From Chiloscyllium plagiosum (taxonomy: Eukaryota): a DNA stretch of 46,236 nucleotides. A program made the translations under genes and the position numbers. Location: positions 3,063,425-3,109,660 of the forward strand of contig NC_057720.1 in assembly GCF_004010195.1 (NCBI RefSeq), in the 5' to 3' direction. The notes under the pieces are model-generated. The model saw only the letters and a list, made by a program, of their open reading frames with translations, had not been told where the DNA came from and did no database searches. Below are positions 22,533 to 31,522 of the stretch, piece after piece (the stretch's first letter is position 1; each line of letters begins with the position of its first letter).

Positions 22533-22736
22533 TGGACAAAGTCAGAAGTCACGCAGCATCAGGTTATAGTCCAACACGTTTATCTGAAATCACAAGCTTT
22601 CAGAGCGCTGCTTCTTCACCACCTGACAATGGGGCAGCCCTCCAAAAGCTTGTAATTTCAGATAAACCTGTCGGACTATAACCTGGCGGGGTGTGACTCT
22701 GTCCTGCCCCCAGTCCAACACCGGCTCCTCCACATT
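22533..22736 (+). mobile_element. Fold-back Penelope family A-related element inside the CCN1 3'UTR
   Basis: Inverted arms 22547-22614 / 22631-22698; terminal ccccagtccaacaccggctcctccacat. Confidence 0.85.
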
Positions 22737-22842
22737 GTGGTTGTAGGAGCTGAATGGCCTCCTCCCTTTTGCTTGCATCCCTTTTTCCCTAAGTCACACA
22801 CCAATTGGTTTTTTCCTCTGCCCCCTCTCGCTACGCAGCATG

Positions 22843-23145
22843 TCAATCTAGGAATTTGTGAATGTCATTGTGCAACATAATGTAAGGATTGGACGCCTCG
22901 TTGTGGTGGGCGCAGTTGTAATGGCAACGACAGGATTGGATCATCATCATGTTCTTGGTGAAGGTCTCTCCATCGTCACAACGGAAGCGAACATGGACAG
23001 TCCGGGTCTGCTGAGGGGTGCAACACCGCCCATCGACACAGGAGCCACAGTACTTGGTACGGTATTTCTTCACACTGGCACAACCAGCATAGGTGAAGTG
23101 GACAGCAGCAGGGGATTTCCTGGTCCTGTAGCACTTCTTTCCCTT
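22843..23145 (-). CDS. CCN1: CCN1 exon 5, C-terminal cystine-knot module, TGA stop
   Basis: catcacag|AAG acceptor; [49 protein letters not shown]...NDIHKFLD*, 10 Cys; the NDIHKF.D end is typical of CCN1. Total CDS 1095 nt = 364 aa + stop. Confidence 0.96.
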   Translation of the reverse strand, partial: KGKKCYRTRKSPAAVHFTYAGCASVKKYRTKYCGSCVDGRCCTPQQTRTVHVRFRCDDGETFTKNMMMIQSCRCHYNCAHHNEASNPYIMLHNDIHKFLD

Positions 23146-23269
23146 CTGTGATGGAGAGCAATAAGAGGAATGGAAGTGTAATTAGCAAGGATATGGACGC
23201 AATCAAAAGTGGATGCAAAAAAGAAATGTCGGGATCGCCTGATCGTTCAGCAGCAAGGGAGGGACTTAC

Positions 23270-23442
23270 CTTCAGTTTGGGAAAGGTGACCTGTTTGCAG
23301 GGATGGATGTCACAGAGTCTGGTCTCCTTTCGAAGCTTACACTCAGGATTGTCATTGGTGACCCTTGTGGAGATGCCCGTCCCACAGGTCCTGGAGCACT
23401 GCGACCACTCCGTTGTCTGGACAAAACATTTGGCACTCCAGG
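23270..23442 (-). CDS. CCN1: CCN1 exon 4, TSP1 module
   Basis: ttctcag|CC acceptor; AWSAKCFVQTTEWSQCSRTCGTGISTRVTNDNPECKLRKETRLCDIHPCKQVTFPKLK, 6 Cys; AAG|gtaag donor; 173 nt. Confidence 0.96.
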
Positions 23443-24216
23443 CTGAGAAGAAAAATAACAAGGGCCATTCAGAAAAAACATTGCAGAGGAACAGCTCCAT
23501 TTTCAATCAAGTCATCTCACAAAATATTCTTGCCAATTCGGTTATCATGCACAGTTCTGGTGGATGGTTTCTGGTTAACATCAGTGAGAAATCGACATGC
23601 AGCTGGGTTATTGGGAAGTAGCAGTTTCCACCTGTAACTTCCAGCAGCTTCTCTAAACCTCGCCATCTTTGTAAAGGAAGTGGGTCTCGCATGGCACCCG
23701 GTGATGACACCATTTCTACTGGGGTTTTCCAACTCTTTTTAATTGTAGTTTCCTGAAATGGGGCGATAGTTCAGGAAGGTCGTGGTTTAGTGTTTGCAGT
23801 AACAGTTGGGAACGCACCTGTTGAAAGGTGATCACCCGTCTGTAAACTGCAGCAAAGGGATAACCAGCCCTCAGACAGATCCGTGGGAGATAATAAAGTT
23901 ATCTTTTGTGATGGCAAGCTGTGACGGAGCAACACAGCTATTGTTACATTCAACATTTACAATGGTGGCTCGTAAAAGCAGGGAACAAAGTAGGAAAGGT
24001 GATTGGCTCACGTGGTGAGCTGTTGCAATCAGAATTCGCTGAAATGCTTTTAGAAATGAATTCAATAATAACTTGCAACAGGATAAATATTTCAAGAGGA
24101 GAGGATCAGGTGGAAAGTGGGAAGATTGAGGATATTGCGATAACTGCGTCCAATAGCCAGTATCAGCAGGATGGGTCAAAAGGCTTCCTTCTATCCTGGG
24201 AGACTCTTTAACTTAC

Positions 24217-24570
24217 CAGGTAGTCTCTTGAGGCCTTGTCGAATTAAGGAGAGCAGCCCATTGTTGTGGAGTGGCCCAGATTGCCAGGACTTGCCCATTG
24301 TCTCTTGGCTGAAGAGTTCGTCTGTGTCGTGGGCCTCTGCTCCTGCCTTGTTCCCATCACAGACCCATTTTTCACAGCACTGGCCTGACACCTTAACCAG
24401 CTGGGGGTTAGGGCAGCCCATGTTGGGCAGGGAGAGCTCCTGTGGACACAGTGGCACGCAGCCCACTGCTCCGTCGATACAGGTGCACTGATGCTTGCAG
24501 TTTGGTTGAAAGATCTCCCCATTCTGGTAGATTTTGCTGTTGTACTCACAAGGTCTTCCTTCAGACCGCG
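24217..24570 (-). CDS. CCN1: CCN1 exon 3, VWC module plus hinge
   Basis: ttcacag|CG acceptor; [72 protein letters not shown]...LKRLP, 10 Cys; G|gtaag donor; 354 nt. Confidence 0.96.
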
Positions 24571-24933
24571 CTGTGAAAATAAACAGAAAGGTTTCCCTTT
24601 AATTATTAAAAGGGAAGAACTAATTGGAGAACAAATCCTATGTTTACAAGCTACATAGCTGAGGGATTTGTAAGCACCGGTCCGTGGAGGAATGCAGGAA
24701 TTGAACAATGGATTACTCAGGAATCACTTTCCCCTCAAACATCCATACACAGTGAGTTACATTCCTGACTGCGGAACTCACAAGCCTAGCTGCCAACCAA
24801 CAAGCAAAGAACAATAAAACATAACCAAACATGGCTTTAAAATATGACAAGAACTGCTTTCCATTTCAACTAATGGCAGGAGACATCCCGAGCAGTTTGA
24901 ACACATTTTCACTGAGCCCCAGGAATCTCTTAC

Positions 24934-25147
24934 CTCTGCAGATGCCCTGCTGAGCAATGGGACTGGCGCCGAAGTTGCACTGTAAGCCCTTGGTGTGGTC
25001 ACAAGGCTGCAGCTTGCTGCAATCTTCATTGAGCTGCTTGGCACAAACACGGCAGCATCCACAGCCGTCCAGAGTCAGGCTGACCCCTGGGGCACAGCTG
25101 GGCACCTCCTGCGGGCACTGGCATTTTGGTGGGCAGGTTAACGTCGC
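24934..25147 (-). CDS. CCN1: CCN1 exon 2, IGFBP module
   Basis: cccacag|GCG acceptor; [12 protein letters not shown]...[36 protein letters not shown]...GICR, 12 Cys; G|gtaag donor; 214 nt. Confidence 0.96.
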
Positions 25148-25794
25148 CTGTGGGTTCAAGACAAAATTTGACAAATGCCCTCAGTCTCCAGCTCACAATA
25201 AAACCACAACGTGGCAAGGTACATTGTTAATAAAGACCCCCCTCATTCCCGCCCCCCCCACACACACACTCACAAACACACACATACTCACATACACTCA
25301 CACATATCCCTTAACCACTGCCCAGAAGGAGCCCATTTGGCCCATTTTGTCAGCTGCTAGCTCTTTTTCTTCTCCCCTCTCCTGCATGAAGCTTCTGCCA
25401 TTCTCAGAGTGACGCTGCTCAGCAGGGAGGCCATTTGACCCCTTGTGTCTGACCCAACTCCTTTTAAAAATGTCCCGAAGGGTTAGCCTGGGCTCTGAAT
25501 GTGAAGCTGCCAGAGCTGCTGAGGTTCCTCTGTCTTTGCTTCACCGTTCCAGCGTCTGCAATCAGTTCCTTACCCTCCAGCCCTTTCTTTGACAGTTAGC
25601 CCCCAGTCCACCACCAAATAAAATTTAAATAAAACAAATATTTATCCAAAACCTTCATTTCTGAAACTTTGCAGTTCCCTCAGCCCAGTTGAGACATTAA
25701 TTTTTTGAAATAGATTTCTCTAGTCAGCCAAGATGATTAACTTTTACAGATTTTCTAAATGAAATAACAGTAACAAGAGAAATAAGTTACTCAC

Positions 25795-25845
25795 CTCAGC
25801 AAGGCAAACTGCGAAGATGGCAGCGAATGCTACAGACTGAAACAT
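25795..25845 (-). CDS. CCN1: CCN1/CYR61-family gene, exon 1 (signal peptide MFQSVAFAAIFAVCLAE)
   Basis: aaaATG at 25845 (A at -3); 17 mostly hydrophobic codons; GAG|gtgagt donor, phase 0; no upstream ATG between TATA and start. Confidence 0.9.
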
Positions 25846-26035
25846 TTTAGGGAAAGGAGATCTGGAAAGATCAGTTGTGAGCACACACAAGCTGCTGTGA
25901 CTCTTGTCCGTGTGTGTGTGTGTGTGAGGGGTTTCCTCTCCTTCCTCCTGGCTTGTCTCTGGATGTCTGTAAGCCCGGCTCTCTCTCTCTCTGTTGCTAG
26001 CTGCTTTGTGTAGAGACTGTCTGCAGGACTGCGCC

Positions 26036-26042
26036 TTTTATA
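26036..26042 (-). promoter_or_regulatory. TATA box of CCN1 (TATAAAAGG)
   Basis: Consensus TATAAAA ~190 nt upstream of ATG; implies TSS near 26005-26012. Confidence 0.85.
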
Positions 26043-26063
26043 AGCGGCTCTCTCTCTAGAGGC

Positions 26064-26071
26064 TGACGTTA
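26064..26071. promoter_or_regulatory. CRE/ATF-like site TGACGTTA
   Basis: One mismatch to TGACGTCA, ~22 nt upstream of TATA; a proximal CRE is known in mammalian CCN1. Confidence 0.6.
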
Positions 26072-26114
26072 GTCTGCTGTCTGGGACTGCACATCTTGTT
26101 TGATTTCAGGGTCA

Positions 26115-26129
26115 GGAATCCTAGGAATG
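26115..26129. promoter_or_regulatory. Tandem TEAD (MCAT) double site GGAATC-cta-GGAATG
   Basis: Direct repeat with 3-nt spacer, the cooperative TEAD geometry; CCN1 is a canonical YAP/TAZ-TEAD target. Confidence 0.75.
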
Positions 26130-26418
26130 TTTCTGGCGCGTTTTCTCAGACACCGCCCCAGCTAAAAAGAGAGAGAGAGAAACCAGTCAAACTCTCTCAC
26201 CCCATTCCCATTAAAACAGAGCACAGCATTTAATCACATCCTCTTAAAGGGGGGAGGGGGTGGACCATACTTTGAAGTTTGCATCATGAAATATTTACAA
26301 ATCATTTCGCCTTGACTTCAGAGAAGGGGGAAGTTTATGACTTTGAATTCCTAACCACTTTCTTCATCCTTCCTAAGTATTTCCAGATGGAATACGCACA
26401 GGCGACGTAACTTTGTTC

Positions 26419-26428
26419 CCATATTTGG
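26419..26428. promoter_or_regulatory. CArG box / serum response element CCATATTTGG (CCAAATATGG on gene strand)
   Basis: Perfect CC(A/T)6GG ~0.4 kb upstream of TSS; CCN1 is a known SRF/MRTF immediate-early gene. Confidence 0.75.
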
Positions 26429-27887
26429 TAGAATTCTTGACTTTTCCACATTTTTGAGCTGCCTGGTTACCACAAAGTATTGCTGTTATTCCCGAGACTG
26501 CATTTTTTTCATGATGCATATAAAAGGAACTGATTGATGTTTGCAGCAAGGCTCCAGTTTGAAAGATTGTTGTAATGTTGGAATAAAGGCACAAAATGTG
26601 AGAGTGGCGTGCCTGAGGGGAGAGGGGGAGAGGGTGGCAGACTAACATTGACACTGACAGAGCTCCTGTGTTTTATTCTCCCCTCCACACATACACAGAA
26701 GAAATGTGCTAAAACCAATCACCGTTACATCTGAATCAGAAGTGACATGATCCTGGAGAGATTTTAAAGAAAAACAAAATCATTTTTTTTATTATATATT
26801 TAGTCGTGAGGTAGTTCCAGGGCAGGTTTCTGGGACTTTAAGCAGAAATATTTCATGCGGTGGTTAACTTTTCCAAGAATGTTGTTTGGAGAAAGACCGT
26901 CCCAGAGCACAATCTGTCCCAGGAGTTGCTGGAGCAGTTTTGTTTTAACCTCAAGAGCCTGAGGCGAATCTCCAAGGCAGTGTGGATTGATGAGTCGGAC
27001 CTGCATGCGGAAGGGGTAAGTGCTGGCTTTCCTCTTGCCTGAATGGGACAGGGGACAGAACACTGTTCAGCTCCAACCCAGGAACAGTAAGAGGCAAAAC
27101 GCCCAGGACAGAAAGTGTACATCTCATGAGCAAACACCCTGTACATCATTCCAAGGAATCGAAGAGTTTCCGTGTGAAATGATACTGCATTGGTTTGTCT
27201 TTGTCTGAATCCTGGATATTTAGCATTTCCAGAAATACTTCTTATTTCAAAACAACTTTATTCACAAAAAGAAACTCTCTTTAAACATTGTCAAAGATGC
27301 AGTTCTGTTAAGTACTGTTGCATATCAAGTAAACAAACAGTCCATTGGACTTTGACTCTACCAAAAAACCAAATACCTCTCTTACATGTACAATAATGTG
27401 TTTTCCGTTAATGAGGGATGGGACTTGTTTATTGTATTACAATATTGGATTCCTCAGATGACACCCCCAGCTGGATTATCAATGTTACTTTTGTGCTGTT
27501 GTTGTGGGGAGAGGCATATTGATTCTGAACTCATTGAAATTACCTTCCTAACAGGCAAGAACAATGGCAGGAATGACCATATAAAGCAATCTGCATGCCC
27601 AGAGTGTCTCTGGGGAGACTTAGTGTCAGCTCATTTTGAGTTCGCTCTATCTTTATCCATTTCCTGCTGGAATCTAATTTTTTTTTGTTTTGATACATTT
27701 TTTTAGAAAAAAGATCCAACTTGTTTTTCACACCTAGTCAAATCCATTGTAAATTTCAGATGCTATTTTTCAAAAGGTTTCTGTGAATGAATTTTGGTTG
27801 TTATTGGATTCGATCTCATCAGTGTGTTCCTACAGCAGGAACATTTACAGAGCGTGGAAGTAAGTTTTATTTAAAAAGTAAAAACAA

Positions 27888-28630
27888 TTTGTGGGGATGT
27901 GGGATCGCTGACAAAGACAAAATGTGTTACATGTTCCTAATTGCTCTGGACTTGTTTATAATATCTTCATTCATTCATGGGAACATGGGCATCATTGACT
28001 ATTTATCCCTAATTGCCCAGAGGACAGTTAAGAACAAACAATTTGCTGAGGCCCTGGAATCATGTAGGCCAGACCAGAGAGATTTCTTTCCTAAAGGACA
28101 TTAGTGACCAGATTTTTAAAAACTACTAACAATGGGTTTGTGGCGCAACAGTAGTGTGTCTGACTCCGGATCGGACGGTTGTGCGTTCAAATCACGTCGG
28201 ACTCACTAAAGCCAAATTTCTAAGAGGGTGGCTCAGTGGTTAGTACTGCACCCTCAGAGTGTCAGGGACCTTGGGTGGCTTCCTGACTCAAGTGACTGTC
28301 TGTGTGGAGTTTGCACATGCTGCGTGGGTTTCCTCTGGGTTCTCCAGTCTCCTCCCATAATCTAAAGGTGCCCAGATTGGGTAAATTGTCCGTGGTGCAT
28401 TAGTCAGGAGTAAATGGGTGTGGGCTTTTGGGCCGAAGGGCCTGTTTCCATACTGTAGGGAATCTAACCTAAAACAAAATTGACAATAGCCAGGATTCTT
28501 AATTCCAGGGTTTTATTGAACTCAATTCCACCATCTTCCACTGCACGATTCAAACTCAGGTCCCTAGAACATGATTTGAGTCCCTGGGTTAATAGTCAAG
28601 TACTGATACCAGGAAGCTGTCACCTCCCTT
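27888..28630 (-). mobile_element. Deu-SINE remnant hosting the tRNA copy and an HE1 SINE (+, 28226-28472)
   Basis: ccctaattgcccagagg..tgtaggccagaccag..cctaaaggacattagtga, resuming after 28473. Confidence 0.65.
28134..28205 (+). pseudogene. tRNA-Trp-derived pseudogene, anticodon position reads CCG
   Basis: 72 nt colinear with vertebrate tRNA-Trp(CCA): TGGCGCAAC.GTAG, TCTGACTCC.GATC.GA, GTTCAAATCACGTCGG. Many G-U pairs, a T-stem mismatch, no oligo-T terminator. Confidence 0.8.
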
Positions 28631-28854
28631 TGCTAAAATTAAAATTTAAACAATTTGAGCACACCAAGCCAGTCCTCTGGATTTTATCCAATCAGGGATT
28701 AAGAGCTCCTCACCCATGATTGGCCATCTGTTAGACATGCCTAAAACTCAGACCCAAATCCCGAGCAGACTCATTCACGTCAGCCTCCAACAAACAAGCA
28801 GCCCTCTTGATAGTGGCATCTGTGCCACCCTATACCCATCCATATAGCATAATC

Positions 28855-29170
28855 CTGAGAGGATGTTTCTCCTCATGGGAGGGTCTAGGACCAGAGGGTA
28901 CAGTCTCAGAAGAAAGGGGCACTGTTTAAGACTGAGATGAGGAAGAATTTGCTCTCTGAGGGTTGTGAGTCTCTGGAACTCCTTGCTCCAGGGAGTTGTG
29001 GAGGCAGAGTCCTGGAATATATTTAAGGGCTGAGATGGATAGCTTGGGGAATCAAGGGTTACAGGGAAACAGCAGGAAAGTGGACATAAAGAATGTTGGA
29101 TTAGCCACTATACTATTGAATGAGCAGGCTTGAGGGGCTGAACGGCCGACTCCTGTTCCAACTTCCAATG
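28855..29170 (+). mobile_element. CR1 3' end
   Basis: gagaggatgtttctcctcatggga..tctaggaccagaggg..gactgagatgaggaagaattt. Confidence 0.8.
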
Positions 29171-29208
29171 GTCTGATGTCTGTAACAGATTGATTAAATG
29201 TATCTACC

Positions 29209-29427
29209 TCTGTGTGGAGGAGCCAGTGTTGGACTGGGGTGGACAAAGTTAAAAATCGCACAACACCAGGTTATAGTCCAACAGGTTTATTTGGAAGCAC
29301 TAGCTTTCGGAGCGCTGCTCCTTCAACAGGTTTTCATCACCACCTGATGAAGGAGCAGCGCTCCGAAAGCTAGTGCTTCCAAATAAACCTGTTGGACTAT
29401 AACCTGGTTTTGTGTGATTTTTAACTA
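29209..29427 (-). mobile_element. Fold-back Penelope family A element
   Basis: 84-bp inverted arms 29247-29330 / 29343-29426 (3 mismatches, 12-nt loop); 8-bp TSD tatctacc at 29201-29208 and 29428-29435. Confidence 0.9.
29341..29375 (+). ncRNA. Minimal type I hammerhead ribozyme motif (Penelope family A), intact
   Basis: CAC-CUGAUGA-A-GGAGC-agc-GCUCC-GAAA-GC-UA-GUG: stem I CAC/GUG, 5-bp stem II, palindromic AGCU stem III. Confidence 0.75.
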
Positions 29428-29649
29428 TATCTACCACAAGCAGCCACTAGGGGCCACTCATCCACCACTCACAGCCAGAGAGGTCTTGTCACCCAGACAT
29501 ATGCACTCACGCAGACACTTACTAAATAAATATTTGCATTTATAAAAACTCTTGCATTTCTATAGCCCCTTTTATGACCTCATGACATAGAATCATAGAC
29601 TTATACAGTACGGAAACAGACCTTTCAATCCAACTAATCTAGAATTATC

Positions 29650-30225
29650 ATTCACCAGAACTTGAACAGGATTGGCCACATAAACACAGTGGCTACAAGA
29701 GCTGGTCAGAGGCTTGGAATCCTGCAGCGAGTAACTCACCTCCTGACTCCCCAATGCCTGTCCACCATCTACAAGGCACAAGTCAGGAGTGTGATGGGAT
29801 ACTCCCCACTTGCCTGGATGGGTTCAGCTCCAACAACACTCAAGAAGCTTGACACCATCCAGGATAAAGCACCCACTTGATTGGCACCACATCCACTCCC
29901 TCCACCACCGACGTTCAGTAGTAGCAGTGCGTACTAGCTACAAGATGTACTGCAGAAATTCACCAAAAATCCTCAGACAGCATCTTCCAAACCCATGAAC
30001 ACTTCTATCTAGAAGGATAATGGCAGCAGATACCACCCCCTGCAAGTTCCCCTCCAAACCACTCACCATCCTGACTTGGAAATATATTGCCATTCCTTCA
30101 CTGTCACTGGGTCAAAATCCTAGAATTCCCTCCCGAAGGGCATTGTGGGTCAACCAATGGACCGCAGCAATTCAAGAAGGCAGCTCACTTCCACCTTCTC
30201 AAGGGGCAACTAGGGACAGGCAATA
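29650..30225 (+). mobile_element. CR1/L2-clade LINE 3' end (probable Deu-SINE partner)
   Basis: ATRAGQRLGILQRVTHLLTPQCLSTIYKAQVRSVMGYSPLAW..KLDTIQDKA; tail gggcaactaggga.aggcaata resembles the Deu-SINE tail at ~20440. Confidence 0.75.
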
Positions 30226-30880
30226 ATAGACAATAGACAATAGGTGCAGGAGTAGGCCATTCTGCCCTTCGAGCCTGCACTACCATTCATTATGATCATG
30301 GCTGATCATCCTCAATCAGTAAATTGCTTCTTTAATCTCACAAAGGCCAATGTCCACCTTTTTGAGTTGTCAAACACAAGCTGAACATGGGACTCCATGT
30401 AAAATTTAATCAATACTGTCTATAACTTGAGCATCACCTCTACCGCGTTGTATTCCTGTTTTCTTGAGAAACAGCACAAGTAGTATGATGTGACACCTGC
30501 GATCTCTATTCTCCCTCACAGTCTAACCTTTCCCTGCTCAGTCATGCCTCTCCCCACCAATCTATAGTACAAAACTCATCACTTATCCACCTCTCTCTTC
30601 AATTCCGTAAAACCACATTATTTTATTTTTCTTTATTGATGGTTTGTGTCTGAAACTAGGAAAATGATAAATTAAACAAAGAACAACAGGTGCTGAAGAT
30701 ATGAAACCAACAAAAACAGAAACTCAGCAAGCCTAACAGAGTGTGTGAAAAGAAAACAGTGTTTACAGATCGAATCCAGTGATCCCTTATCGGGAAAGGA
30801 TACTGACTTAAACCAAGGAAGCCGTGCAAGTTGCTGGAACTCATGCTGAGTTGTGTTTACACTGCTGCCTCACTCAAGCA

Positions 30881-31287
30881 TGATGTGGAGGTGCCAGTGT
30901 TAGACTGGGGTGGAGATAGTCAGAAATCGAACAACACCAAGCTATAGTCCAATAGGTTTATTTGAAATCACAAGCTTTTGGAGTGCTGCCCCTTCATTAC
31001 CTGACAAAGGAGCAGTGCTCCAAAAGCTTGTGATTTCAAATAAACCTGTTGGACTATAGTCTGATGTTGTGTGACTTTTAGAACATAGAACATAGAACAA
31101 TACAGCGCAGAACAGGCCCTTCGACCCTCAATGTTGCGCCGACCTGTGAACTATTCTCAGCTCGTCCCCCCACACTATCCCAAAATCATCCATGTGCTTA
31201 TCTAAGAATTGTTTAAATCTCCCTAACGTGGCTGAGTTGACTACATTAGCAGGTAGGACATTCCACCTTCTTACCACTCTCTGCGTG
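30881..31287 (-). mobile_element. Fold-back Penelope element (30881-31080) abutting a CR1 3' end (31081-31287)
   Basis: Inverted arms ctatagtccaa.aggtttatttgaaatcacaagcttttggag / ctccaaaagcttgtgatttcaaataaacctgttggactatag; (catagaa)n tail. Confidence 0.8.
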
Positions 31288-31522
31288 CTCAAGCAGTGGG
31301 GAATGATTACTGGACTTATTGGCACAGTGAGTGAGTGAGTGTGTGTTTGGGGAAGTTTTGCCCAGAGACAGCTGATTGATTGTTTGTTTCAATCAGGACC
31401 AGTTATGAGTTAGGAATGTTCAACACGTCACTCTCTGATAGGCTACTGGGCAGTGGGGGCCACCTATGTGTTAGCAATATAGCAGCAAATCGCCTCTAGA
31501 TGCGAAAAACACAACACCCTCT

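Larger units (their letters stand above)
21630..22842 (-). other. CCN1: CCN1 3'UTR (approximate 3' end)
   Basis: Mostly unique sequence from the stop codon to overlapping AAUAAA hexamers, with AREs and a GU-rich stretch just downstream. Confidence 0.7.

Noticed and set aside
22858..25412. Plus-strand ORFs overlapping CCN1 exons (97-157 aa) as an antisense gene
   Set aside because: Shadow ORFs of GC-rich coding exons; no independent homology or gene structure
28134..28205. Functional tRNA-Arg(CCG) gene
   Set aside because: Body is Trp-type, the T-stem has a C-A mismatch and two G-U pairs, the D-loop GG is altered, and there is no Pol III terminator
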